This document shows positions 1-13,514 of a stretch of 64,000 bases of DNA, piece by piece. The notes under the pieces are model-generated. The model worked only from the letters and a program-made list of their open reading frames with translations, was not told the DNA's origin and did not search any database. Numbering within the stretch: the stretch's first letter is position 1; each line of letters begins with the position of its first letter. This DNA comes from Octopus sinensis (taxonomy: Eukaryota), in assembly GCF_006345805.1 (NCBI RefSeq), contig NC_043009.1, positions 11,780,001 through 11,844,000 of the forward strand, given 5' to 3'. The position numbers and the translations under genes are program-made.

Positions 1-190
1 CAGATACTCCCAACCCTGCCTTATCACTACAAAACTCGGATGTCCTTATTTCTTTCTTAGGCTCGACACTTCTCTTCACTGTATGAACGATTAAAAAAGT
101 TATTTATTTTTATGTTTTTCCTTAAATTAATCACTAAAAAGTTATTGCTCGCAACTTTTAATTCGTAAATTCATAAGTTTTATTGCACAG

Positions 191-273
191 CCCAGCTGCA
201 GCAAAACTCTTCCGTCTCAAGTTAATGAAGTTGTGGAACCTGTTGTCTACTGGCGGCAAATTGAAAAGTTCGA
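191..273 (+). other. Candidate upstream exon (5'UTR of DDX11 or coding)
   Basis: gcacag acceptor-like site at 190, strong donor gtaagt at 274, CpG-retaining region, open frame PSCSK...RQIEKF. Confidence 0.4.
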
Positions 274-1073
274 GTAAGTGGAATTTAATTTATTACTAAA
301 TCATAAAGAAATCTTAGCATATTCTGCTTGCTTTTTTTTCACTTTATTTGTTTACTGCTACGAAAAAAACTACCGTCATTTATTAAGTTGTTTAATGCCA
401 AGTCCAACCTAATCAAGCACTGACCACTGTATACAATAATTTCATTATTATTATTATTTTAAACTTATGATCAATGTTAGTCATTCCGGCAGCAACTAAA
501 TCGCATTTTGTTCTTTCTAAGACTTAGTTTATTTAGGGCCACATTATCCAGGATTAACTTTTTTTCTTTCATACGGTAGTGTGTGATTTGAAGGAGATTT
601 GGCTGCTATTTCTAAAAAGTAGAATGACTAAATAAATGCTCCTTTATGTTTTTTTTTTTTTTTTTTTTCGAAGTGCTTTGTTGTTGTTGTGGATTATATG
701 ATGCATTCTACCAGTGTCCGAAGTTTGAAAGTGTTTAGTTGCAAAAAATTAATTTCTCGATCTGCCGTTCAAAGGGTAAAGATTCGTTGTTTCTGAGCTT
801 TTGGTCCTAAGCAACTTTGATCAAAAAGATGGGCGGATCGAAGGAAATCTGTCATCACTTTTTTAATTGGCAAAATTTTACAAAAATTTATCTTTGAATT
901 TTTATATTTAGTGTAGTTTGGATTACCAATTCAATGTATTCTTTCTTTTATTTTGAAAATGGTAGTATGTGTTCTAAGAAAGATTACCAGATTTGGTTGC
1001 TATATCCAATAGACCGAGCGTTGCCCTTTTCTTTGTTGTTTAGCACCATTTCAATCCGGATCGAATAAACCTA

Positions 1074-1489
1074 GGATCTTTTCGGTTTGAACGGCAGTTT
1101 TTTAAAAATAATTTCCACGTAACTAAACACATTTAAACTTCGTATACTGGTAGAATGTGTTTATAAAACATCTTTTTCTCTTGGCTTCATTGAGAAAATT
1201 CTATGGTTTGTAAGATATTTTTTCTTCAATTTCTGCAATTTCAACCAATCAATGACGTCTATTGAGGTGAAAACATTCTGTGCCATATGACTATGTCCCT
1301 CGTTTTAGAAACAGAGGGTTTATTTACATTTCTGAAGAAAAAAGATACCCTTCCCCCCACCCCTAACCCTAGCTAACCCTAACCCTAAAACAGATTGAAA
1401 TGCAATAGATCGATACTAGGGTCATAATTATGGGTGACAATTTCATATGACACCGCTAGAAAAAACTGCTGTTCAAACCGAAAAGATCC
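1074..1489. mobile_element. TIR MITE with 8-bp TSD (Merlin/hAT/P-type, unassigned)
   Basis: TIR ggatcttttcggtttgaacggcag...; TSD taaaccta at 1066-1073 and 1490-1497; internal (ccctaa)n. Confidence 0.85.
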
Positions 1490-2145
1490 TAAACCTATAA
1501 CAAAAAGATATTCCAACTATGGTCATCTCGTTTTTTCAAACGCAGTCCATTTTTTTTAGATGGTAGCTTATGATTTGATGGAGACTTGCTTGTTATTTCT
1601 AGCCAATCGAGCGACTATGTAAATGCACCTTCGTTGGCTTGTAGTCTAGGAGGTATCGACTACAGCTACCCTTATTACTGGTAAATGGTTTGGTAGAAGT
1701 TCCCGAGAAATAAGACTCTAAGAAAAGATGTGTTGCGCTGAGATTGAGTATCAAGTCCCGCTTTATCCAGTATTTAAGTTCTTGGAGTATCAATTTCTCA
1801 ACGCAGATCATCCTGCTTATAACTTTGTTTGGAATAATTTAGGTCTCAGATTTTGGGTTCAGCTCATAGTTCTGGAGTTCAAACTTTAGATGCAGTTCGT
1901 ATATTGGTTCTGTCACGAGAGATTTTTCTTTTCCATCATCCTGTAATGAATTTTATTGTGAATGCTTTTCTTTTGGCAGTCATACCTTTTACTTTCCGTT
2001 TCAATACCAAAAACACTTCCTACATTTTAGCATTTTCAGGATCATCAGAAAAAGCAGAAGAAGAGTCTGATTCCTATAGCATTTCATTACTCATTCAATT
2101 TATATCTATCTGCAAATTGGTATCTTTTCTGTTCCACCCCTCTGC

Positions 2146-2915
2146 AGTGGCTGTGTGGTAAGTAGCTTGTTTACCAGCCACATGGCTCCGGGTTCAGTCC
2201 AACTGCGTGGCACCTTAGGCAAGTGTCTTCGACTATAGCCTTGAGCTGACCAAAGCCTTGTGAGTGGATTTGGTAGACAGAAACTGAAAAGAAACCCGTC
2301 GTATATATGTGTGTGTGTTTGCATATCTGTGTTTGTCCACCCAACTTCACTTGACAACCGTTGCTGGTGTGCTTATGTTCCCATAACTTAGCGGTTCGGC
2401 AAAAGATACCGATAGAATAAGTGTGGAAGCACTCCGTCGGTTACGACGATGAGGGTTCCGGTTGATCCGAATCAACGGAACAGCCTGCTCGTGAAATTAA
2501 CGTGTAAGTGGTTGAGCACTCCACAGACACGTGCACCCTTAACGTCGTTCTCGGGGATATTCAGCGTGACACAGAGAGTGACAAGGCTGGCCCTTTGAAA
2601 TACAGGTACAACAGAAACAGGAAGTAAGAGTGAGAGAAAGTTGTGGTGAAAGAGTACAGCAGGGTTCGCCACCATCCCCTGCCGGAGCCTCGTGGAGCTT
2701 TTAGGTGTTTTCGCTCAATAAACACTCACAACGCCCGATCTGGGAATCGAAACCGCGATCCTATGACCACGAGTCCGCTGCCCTAACCACTGGGCCATTG
2801 CGCCTCCACGGATAGAATAAGTACTAGGCTTATAAAGAATAAGTCCTGGGGTCGATTTGCTCGACTAGAGGCGGTGCTCCGGCATGGTTGCAGTCAAATG
2901 ACTGAAACAAGTAAA
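2146..2915 (+). mobile_element. tRNA-derived SINE family A (about 400 bp, central TA/TG microsatellite), interrupted by a family D SINE
   Basis: Head gtggctgtgtggtaagtagcttgc...ggttcagtccc; tail gactgaaacaagtaaaagag. Other copies near 9886-10345(+), 16735-17085(-), 32215-32435(-), 60128-60510(+). Confidence 0.85.
2423..2810 (-). mobile_element. tRNA-derived SINE family D (possibly octopus OR-type)
   Basis: Head ggcgcaatggcccagtggttagggcagcgg...ggtttcgattccc; 12-bp TSD gatagaataagt (2411-2422, 2811-2822). Confidence 0.88.
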
Positions 2916-3175
2916 AGAGAGAGTATATTTAAATTTTCTGGAAGTACTATGTATACCTTACTTAGATACTTTCCCTTCCAGCTTTTATCTGAAAAACATG
3001 TTTTTCAGACTATAGTAATTATACAAATACTATCAAATTGGACCAAGGTTATTTATGATATCTAAGTTAATAGTCCTCAAATTTCTCACAGATTGAATTC
3101 AAGAACAACTGAAAATAGCATGAATTAATCGTTTGCTGAAGAAATCTCTTATCCAAAATTTAAAATTATTTCATT

Positions 3176-3320
3176 ATGGCCAGAATGTGTGACGATTTCT
3201 CTGACGATGATGGAACAGATGAGCTTCTCTCAGCCATTTCGTTTGATATCTTACCTGAAGTGAGGAAAGATGCAAATGGAAAAAATTCGTCACCCTCACC
3301 AAAAGAGACACAGAAACAAG
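3176..3320 (+). CDS. DDX11: DDX11 exon 1 ([13 protein letters not shown]...ETQKQ)
   Basis: ATG at 3176 or 3185; donor gtagtc at 3321; phase 1 matches exon 2. Possible acceptor at 3183. Confidence 0.65.
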
Positions 3321-6300
3321 GTAGTCTTTTTTCTTTTTTTCTTTTATTTCTTCAGATAACCCCTGAGATTATATCCTATTTTGTTACAAAAAAAAACTTC
3401 TCTTATTCTAAATTAAATCAATTCCTTATATGTTATTTCACACTTGTACTTATTTGGCAAGTTACTTATTTTGACAGCGATTTGCGTTGGACAAAACACG
3501 TCGCTAAAATTGCCAAGAAGGCTGAGGGTGTCTTGACATCACTCACCAAGTCCTTTGTGAGCCGCTCTCCGGCTATCTATCTGTGGCTTTATATAGCTAT
3601 GGTACGACCTCACCGTTCAGCGACGTGCAACCAAGAGAATACCCTCCATCAGGCATTTGCCATATTCTGAACACCTTACTTCCCTGGGCATGGATACATT
3701 GAAACTCTGACGTCTGGCAGCTGATTTGGCAGACACCCATAAAATTATTAACCATCTTACAAACAATAAATCTGAGCACCTTTTCAAACTCCACCTGTCT
3801 AACACCTGTGGACATGTTTACAAAGTCAAAAAACAGCACAGCTCCCATGACTTTCGGAAACATTTTTTCACTCTAAGAGTTGCTGAAGCATAGAACAAAC
3901 TGCCAGCATCAGTTGTTAGTTGTCGGAGCACTGCATCCTTCAAAACTTCCATGCTTCCTGAGATTCGCCAACACTACACTTGATTTTCTCCCCTCCATAC
4001 ACACGCAAGCATGTATCTGGCTCATACACTGTTCGCTTTCCAGACATTTCTACATTACTGCATATGCTTTATACACACTTTTGACAAGTTGTGGTGCACC
4101 TGAGCACTGAATACAATAATTTCATTATTATTTTATTAATTAAACTAAGATAATTACTTTTGTCATTTTAGCCTTTTAAGAACATGCCAAAGTGCCATGA
4201 TAATTTTCGTTTATTTCTTTCAAGACCTGCTCATGGATACAATTCTACATCATTTTGTGCACCTATTTCAGATCATGTTAATGTTCCAGAAGAATTTCCA
4301 TTCCCGTTTATACCTTACAATATCCAGTTGGGTTTTATGAAAGCTCTCTATGAATGTCTACAGCTTGGAAAAATTGGAATATTTGAAAGCCCAACAGGAA
4401 CTGTGAGTAGAGCAATTATTATGTCTTAACTCAGAGTATTTTGTAAGCTTAAATTAGTATTTGACCACTTTGTCTCTAGTTTTATTCAAAATCTTTTATT
4501 TGAACTTTTGTTGGATTTGCACTCATAAAATGTCTCTCTCTACAACAACTCCAGTTCAGTTGAGGGTCTTAGCTTTGTGTTGTGAATTACTGTAAATCCT
4601 CGAGTATAGTCCGCCCTTGAGTATAATATGCAGGGGATTTTTAGGGGGCTGTACCTCTGAAAAACCTAAACCTTGTGTATAATACACACTCTTTCTCTAA
4701 CTTGAGGCAAAGAGGTCTATATAACGTCCCTGGTTTATAAAACTGTATATAGTAATGTCCTTTATTATTATTGTACATATAACATAATGCAAACGTGTAG
4801 CTTTTTTGTACATTTTGTTTGCAGAAAATAAAGAAATAACAGTAATAACAGTAATAACACTTAATAAATGTAGCTTATTGCAAGTTATGGATGATTCTTT
4901 TATGACTTCATTGCTTTCAGGCTTAGCTTAAGGTATTTTCGTGCCCGACATCACAAAATGTATCTAAATAAACATTGCCGGACAGCAAATAGAGACTTGA
5001 ACATTGCTTAGAAAATAATTTTCATTTTTAACCTCATATATAGTACGCACTAGGGATTTTGACCTTTAAATTTTGGGAAAAAGTGCGGATTATATTTGAG
5101 GATTTACAGTACTTGGTGACCTTACTTATGTCAGTGTCACACAAAAAGTACCCAGTAAACTGTAAAATGGTTGGTGATAGGAGCATATCAATTCATAGAA
5201 ACTTTGCCAAAATAGACACTGAAAGTTCAATACAGTCCTCCGACTTGGATCCTGTTAAACTCTCCAATCCATACTTGCATGCAAGATGGATGTTAAATGA
5301 TGATAATTATTTCTTTATTGCCCGCAAGCAACTAAACATAGAATAAGTACTAGGCTTGCAAAGAATAGGTCCTGGGATCAATTTGCTCGACTAAAGGCAG
5401 TGCTCCAGCATGGCCGCAGTCAAATGACTGAAGCAAGTAAAAGATGTGACAAATGAGATAGCAATAAAAAAAACCGTTGCGTTATTGGCACTAAGGTGAG
5501 TGGATGAAATATGCCTAGTTGCTTTGTTGTAAAGGTTAACATGTTCATCTGGATAATGACGAGAGCATAGTTCAATCTGCATAGGCAGATCTCATCATCA
5601 TCATCATTTAACGTCCGTTTTCCATGCTAGCATGGGTTGGACAGTTTGACTGGGATCTAGGAAGCCAGGAGGCTGCACCAGGCCCAGTCTGATCTGGCAG
5701 TGTTTCTACAGCTGGTTGTTCTTCCTAATGCCAACCACTCCGTGAGTGTAGTGGGTGCTTTTTACGTGCCACCAGCACAGGTGTCAGGCGAGGCTGGCAA
5801 CAGCCACGATCGGTTGGTACTTTTTATGTGCCACCGGTACAGAGGCCAGTCGAGGCGATGCTGGCAATGGCCACGTTTGGATGGTTCTTTTACGTGTAAC
5901 CGGTACGGGTATCACAACTACAATTTCCATTGATTTTTGATCGATTTCGATTTCACTTGCCCCAACAGGTCTTTGCAAGCAGAGTTTTGTGTCCCAAGAA
6001 GGAAAGATATGCATAAGTTGACTGGCTACATCGCAGGTAGAGGCCACGGGTTATGGTCTCACTTGTCCTGCCGGGTCTTCTCACACACAGCATACTTCCA
6101 AAGGTCTCGGTCACTAGTCATTGCTTTGGTGAGACCTAATGTTCGAAGGTCGTGCTTCACCACCTTGTCCCTTCATGGATTCATGCTTATAAAGTGTCTA
6201 ATTTAATTTAAAATTTATATTGGAACTATGTTTTTAACATAATGTTTCAATCATATTTGTGTTGCTTTGGTGCCTTCCTTATACCATGTTGAAATAAATT

Positions 6301-9300
6301 GAACAACCTAACTGAGAAACTGCTAATTTTATATTTGTTTCAGGGTAAATCTCTTAGTGTAATTTGTGGTTCACTTAAATGGTTGCGTGATTATAAAGAA
6401 GAACAATTAAAACAGCTGGAGAGTTTAATGAAGGAAGAGGCCAACACTAACGAGTATGTATTTCATTTGACTGACATTTGCTTGTTATTGAAATTCAGTG
6501 ACTTTCATCCATGTATTAGCATAGTTGCTGTGAGGTTAAGTTACGTATGTAGTGTGTTTGTATCTCCATACCATGACATTGTGTGATAGGGGTCAATCAG
6601 CATCACTGCCGTATGTGTGATCCCTTTGTTTCTAGTCTTCTGTGAAATATTTACCACAGCAGGAGTGGCTGTGTGGTAAGTAGCTTGCTTACCAACCACA
6701 TGGTTCCGAGTTCAGTCCCACTGCGTGACGCCTTGGGCAAGTGTCTTCTACTATAGCCTCGGGCCAACCAAAGCCTTGTGAGTGGATTTGGTAGACAGAA
6801 ACTGAAATAAGCCCGTTGTATATATGTATATATGTGTATGCGTGTTTGTGTGTCTGTGTCTGTCCTCCCAATATCGCTTGACAACCGATGCTGGTGTGTT
6901 TACGTCCCTGTAACTTAGCGATTCAGTAAAAGAGACCGATAAAATAAGTACTAGGCTTACAAATAATAAGTCCTGGGGTTGATTTGTTCAACTAAAGGCG
7001 GTGCTCCAGCATGGCCACAGTCAAATGACTGAAACAAGTAAAAGAGTGGCCCTCATGAAAATGTTTTGGTACCCTGAATAGGATTTATTTTTTTCGTTTA
7101 TCCCCCATTTGTTTTGTCTTCAAGCAAAGGAAGAACTCAGCCTTACCAAACCATTCCACTTAAATGAATACAACTGAAAATAGCAGTCAAGGTTATGGGG
7201 AAGTTGGTGAGACAAGTCAAAATCAACCAAACTCAAATTTAAAATTCTACAGCTCTAATACATCTATAATTAGTTAGACTTATTTACCAGGAATCTCTAT
7301 ATATATATAAATGGCAAAATGTCTGTGTGTGTGTGTGTGTCCTTTATACAAATCCACAGTTTTTCAGTTAGAGGGCTCGCACTTTCTATGGTCATTCAAA
7401 ACCGTCCAAGGGTGGTCGTGCACATCTTTACATTTCCCCAGTCACCCTGCAAAGCCATTAAAAAATCAATAGAAGTGACGTGTTTTTGTGAATTTTCTAT
7501 CCAAAACCCAATCAAAATGCCCGAAACTTGATACGCCAATTGAATGCCAGCTTAGCTGTATGTGATTGGTCGGAGATTTGGACAGTACTCGCGTGTATGT
7601 GCACACGCATGCAGCTGTATATGCATGCACTAGCACTACGACAGGGCAGCGCCAGGACATAGTGCTAGTTTAATGTTAAAATTTTATCATTGTTTACAAA
7701 ATGATTTATGGTTTTGTTGTGTTTCGTTGTTATTTAACCACAGGTTGTCACCTATCCAACAGATTTATAATCAATAGCATTCCAACTGTAACCATCCAGT
7801 CTTTTTGTGTATACAAGATGCATTGTCTAACATGTCATTCTATATTTAAGACAGTAGTGGGAATTGAGGAAGATTTGACTATGATTTCATGCAGATAAAG
7901 CACAGAGGTTTCCTCATTGTATTATTTGTGGTTTGGTTTGATTTTTTTTTGTTTTAATTTATTAAGTAGATGTCCTTAATACTTGAATTATCTCTGTATT
8001 TTTCTCTTTAACTATTTCTACAGGTTAATTGAAGCTAAATCTAAAGATGCTAAAGGTTTGTATAACCCTTTTTATCTCCTGGTGCCTTATCAAAACTACA
8101 TTTTTTAAGGATTTCAATTAAATAAAACTCTTTTCTAAAATATACGGCTATTCCTGTATTTTATTCTTTATCTTGTGATCCCTTTAGATTAATGAAATGA
8201 TTCTTTATACTTACAGAACTTGATTGGATCACTGAATTCTCTGAGAAGACCAAGAAAGAAGAAGAACTTAATAAGATATTGGTACAATTCTGAAATATAC
8301 TTTTATCTATGACAAAAACCATTGCCATCGTTCCTGGCTAGCAGAATTGTTTGTACACTGGGGAAAATGCTAGGCAGCATAGCTTCCTGCTTTACATTCA
8401 TCATCACCATCATCATCATCCTTTAACTTCTGCTTTCCATGCTGGCATGGGTTGGATGCTTTGACCAAAGCTGGAGAGTTGCACTTAGTTCTAGTCTGAT
8501 TTGGCTTGGTTTCTATGGCTAAATGCCCTTCCTAATACCTATTTCTTTACTACCCACAAGGGGCTAAACACAGAGAGGACAAAGGACAGACAAACGGATT
8601 AAGTCGATTATATCGACCCCAGTGCGTAACTGTTACTTATTTAATCAACCCCGAAAGGATGAAAGGCAAAGTCGACCTCGGCGGAATTTGAACTCAGAAC
8701 GTAGCGGCAGACGAAATACTGCTAAGCATTTCGCCCAGCGTGCTAACGTTTCTGCCAGCTCGCCGCCTTAAACCTTCCCAACACCAACCACTTTACAGTG
8801 TGTGCTGGCTCATTTTAATATGGCACCACACGAATGCTTCCATGTGGCACCAGCACATGTGTTCTGAGTTCAAATTCCACCAAGGTTTACTTTGCCTTTC
8901 ATTCTTTTAAGGTCAGTTGAATAAGTACCACTTGAGCAGTTGGGGGTTTGTGTGATGGAATAACCCAGTCCCCATAAAATTGCTGGTCTTGTGCCTAAAT
9001 TTAAAACCCTTATTTTCATTGGTTTTATGCCTGCTGTTCAGTTCATGTAGATTTGAGCTATGTTAAAATCTAGCATCTTACAAGGCTCCGTAACCGTTGG
9101 ATCTCTGAGATTAGCAAGATTATTGCAGCTTATGTTCAGATTCAACATCTTCATGTCAGTGACTTCGTATGAAACTTAAATGTGGAGCTATCAATTGAAA
9201 TTCAGTAAATTTGGTTTCTTGATTAGAAGCAGTGATGTAGATGTATGGTGGATGTAGGTATTCAGTTCAGACAAAGTTGTATACAGCTAGCTAGTTCTGA

Positions 9301-9513
9301 AGAATTAAGTCTATTATGATGACAGAACCGGTTAAGACAATGTACATGTTTCTCATTAAGTGCAGTACGGCCTCTTCTGGAGAAACCTGTGAGAATTAGA
9401 ACCAGGACCTACTAATTGCCATATCTAATAAAATTAGTTTTGTTTAAAGCATTTTAAATCTGTATAACACCTAATGAAGAAACAAGAATTCTTTATGTAT
9501 GTGTGTGTGTGTG

Positions 9514-9577
<64 letters not shown>

Positions 9578-12500
9578 ATATATGCTTTAAATCACGCTTT
9601 CAAATCTGTCACTGGGCCAATAGTGGCAAATTATGTGAATATATTTATAAAGACAAAGAGAGGGAGAAAGAGAAGTTAAAGCCGAACTCCAATTTGTTGA
9701 ATGGCAATTATTTTAAAAAAAAAATAAAAACAGACTTTTCTTCTTGGTACAAAAATGATGTAAGACAAGCTTGATAGATGAAGTCTATTTCATTAGTTAT
9801 TGCAGTCAATACAAAACTAGTTTCACAATTAATGCACAAAGTAAATAAATAATTTTTTTTTTTTAATTAACTTAATTAACTTAGGTGTAGGAGTGGCTGT
9901 GGGTAAGTAGCTTGCTTACGAACAACATGGTTCCAGGTTCAGTCCTACTCCGTGGCATCTTGGGCAAGTGTCTTCTACTATAGCCTTGGGCCGACCAAAG
10001 CCTTGTGAGTGGGTTTGGTAGACAGAAACTGAAAGATGCCCGTTGTGTATATATATATATATATGTGTGTGTCTATGTTTGTTCCCCCAACATCGCTTGA
10101 CAACCGATGCTGGTGTGTTTACGTCCCTGTAACTTAATGGCTCAGCAAAAGAGACCGCTAGAATAAGTACTAGGTTTACAAAGAATAAGTCCTGAACTCT
10201 TTGTATGACCACCCTCCCTGTCCCCCTATATGGCCTTGCTTTTGTTTTTTGAGCCAAAAATTGAATTGAATTGGAAAAAAAAGTCCTAGGGTCGATTTGC
10301 TCGACTAAAGGCAGTGCTCCAGTATGGCCACAGTCAAATAATTGGTAAAATTATAAATTATTAATTAATTTCACCTTTTATTATTATTACATATATATAT
10401 ATATTTATTTATATATGCATGGTTCAGGGGTTAGAGCATTGGGCTTACAATCATGAGGTAGGTAGTGAATTAAATTCCTGGACTGGGCTGAGTGTTGTGT
10501 TCTTGAGCAAGACACTTTATTTCACGTTGCTCCAGTTCACTCAGCTGTAGAAATGAGCTACGACATCACTGGTTCAAAGCTATATCGGCATTTGCCTTAC
10601 CCTTGGATAACATTGGTGGCATAGGGTAGGCTGGTATACATGGGCAACTGCTGGTCTTCTACAAACAACCTTGCCCAGGTTTGTACCTCGGAGAGTAACT
10701 TTCTAGGTGCAATCCCATGGTCATGTGTATGAGTGTGTGTCAACAGACATTATGTAATGATGAGGATATTGATATATATGTATATATTATATATTGCATT
10801 CTTTAGGAAAAGAAAGCCTTATTCGATGCCGATAAAAAAATTAAAGGAAAGCATAAAACTTCAAAAAGAAAGGTTAGTGAATTCTTGTCTTTATTTTATT
10901 TGTACAATCTGCATGAAAATTGCTTGCAAACTTGTGGTTACATACACAGTCAAGGCAGTGAGCTGGCAGAATGGTTAGCACGCCGGGCGAAATGCTTAGC
11001 AGTATTTTGTCTGCCGTTACGTTGAGTTCAAATTCCGCCGAGGTCGACTTTGCCTTTCATCCTTTCGGGGTCGATAAATTAAGTACCAGTTACGCACTGG
11101 GGTCGATGTAATCGACTTAATACCTATGTCTGTCCTTGTTTGTCCCCTCTGTGTTTAGCCCCTTGTGGGTAATAAAGAAATAGGTTACATACACAGTCTT
11201 TCTGTGGCATATTAGACCAGTGGCTTCTACTATTACACTGAACCGACCAAAACCTTGTGAGTGGATTTGGTAGATGAAAACTGAAAGAAGCCGGTTGTGT
11301 GTGGCTGTGTGGTAAGAAGTTTGCTTTGCATCCACATGATTCTGGGTTCAGTCCCACTGCATGGCACTTAGGGCAAGTGTCTTCTATTATTGCTTCAGGC
11401 CAACCAAAGCATTGTGTGTGGATTTGGGAGATGAAAAGTGGAAGAAGATGTGTGTGCGTGCCTACCCTTATCATATTTTACATTTTATCCTGCTTTCACC
11501 TTACTTAGTGCCATGAACTAGAAAGTGAATTTGACAACTTAATAAAATCGTCATCTGAAGACATTAAGGATGCATTCGAAGCTGAGTTGAGAGAAATCCA
11601 CAAATTGGAGAATCCAGAAGAAAATGAAGATGCTGAAATTGTCCTCAGTGAATATATTAGTGATAATGAAGGTGATGGAGAGAAGAATGACTCTGGTGGG
11701 GAAGATGGTAATGATACATCAGAAGAACATATTATGAAGGTAAACCTCTTGATTTCTTTAACTGATTCAACTTGGTATTTTAGAGAGGTAAATAATCTCT
11801 ATATCTATAAACGGCAAAATGTCTGTGTGTCAGTGTGTCCTTTATACAAATCCACAGTTTTTCACGTAAAAGGGGCTAAACACAGAGAGGACAAACAAGG
11901 ACAGACAAACGGATTAAGTCGATTACTTCGACCCAAGTGCGTAACTGGTACTTATTTAATCGACCCCGAAAGGATGAAAGTTGACCTCGGCGGAATTTGA
12001 ACCCAGAACGTAATGGCAGACAAAATACAGCTAAGCATTTCACCTGGCGTGCTAACGACGATGCCAGCTCACCGCCTTATTTAATACCTGTAGTTCATAC
12101 CAGCATGTGCTGGCTGGTTTGACCAGAGCTGGCAAGTGGAGAGCTGCATCAGACTCCGGTCTGATTTGGCATGGTTTCTACTGCTGGATGCCCTTCCTAA
12201 TTATTTAACAGAGTGTGTCGGGTGCTTTTACAAGCCACCACACGGGCACTTTTATGTAGCATCACGCAGGCACTTTTACAAGGCACCGCACAAGTGCTTT
12301 TCCATGGTACTACACAGGCGCTTTTACATGACACCACCATAAGTACTTTACACCACTTGAGGGACTGGTCTTAACACTTCTGCTGCGGGTCTTCTTGAGT
12401 ACAGTAAGGTGCCAGGTATCTTGGTACATAAGACGGCGAGCTGGCAGAAACGTTAGCACGCCAGGCGAAATGCTTAGCGGTATTTCATCTGCCGCTACGT

Positions 12501-13451
12501 TCTGAGTTCAAATTCTGCCGAGGTCGACTTTGCCTTTCATCCTTTCGCCGTCGATTAAATAAGTACCAGTTACGCACTGGGGTCGATATAATCAACTTAA
12601 TCCGTCTGTTTGTCTTTGTTTGTGCTCTCTGTGTTTAGCCCCTTGTGGGTAGTAAAGAAATAGGTATTTTGGTATTTTGTCTAAAAGGTTCAGCATCCTA
12701 AGACCGTTCTTCTGTACTTCATCTCTTGTCTTTTTGGATCTTCCACTTCCACAATGACCATCCACTTCCACATTACCAAACCAGCCCTGTCTTCTCTCTT
12801 GCACACAGCAACTAATTCTTCTTATTCCTAACTTCTCTCTCTAAACACTCGCACATTGTTGAACAGGTACACTTACATTACACACCCAACTGACCATTCT
12901 AGTGTCATTCTTTTCTAACCTTCACATGACCTCTGCATTCAGGGCCTACATCTCACTACCATGTAGAATTGCTGTTCGTATACATGCATCATATAATCTT
13001 CCTTTCATTTGGAGGGAGAAACCTTTTGTGGCCAACAGAGGTAACAGCTCTCGGAATTTCCTCCATCCTATTCTTATTTTTCTCTCATACTCTCCGTGCA
13101 TCTTCTCCCACTACTAATTTAGTCCTTTAGGTAACAGAAATGATCTACTACCTCTAATGAAACACCAAGGCATTTGAGAGTATCAATTTCCCGAGTCACT
13201 AAAGTTTTTTATCATCATCATCATTGTTCGACCATGGTCGAGACAATGGAATTTACTATGTTACGCCAGACTTCATGGTCCATCATAGCATTACGGAGGT
13301 CCTGTTGCTGGATGCCTGTATCCCTGGAGATTACATCAGGGTAGGAGAGTGTTAAAAAACTTTTTTATGGACCCTGTGCATCTTCCACATAAAAAAACTA
13401 TCTTCTCTGATAACCTTCCTATTAATCTACTGCACCTCTTGTGTGTCCATA

Positions 13452-13514
<63 letters not shown>

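Noticed and set aside
1361-1387. Telomeric (CCCTAA)n
   Set aside because: Internal part of a MITE, present in all three copies; not an interstitial telomere
2740-2810. tRNA-like sequences (also 41600-41670, 51470-51545)
   Set aside because: SINE heads continuing into repeat bodies; no complete cloverleaf
3321-3670. Remainder of the 164-aa ORF at 3176
   Set aside because: Reads through the donor into intron and CR1 sequence
9232-9400. Possible C/D-box snoRNA (gtgatgt...ctga; atgatga); also atgatga near 41300
   Set aside because: Imperfect boxes, no terminal stem, no recognisable guide
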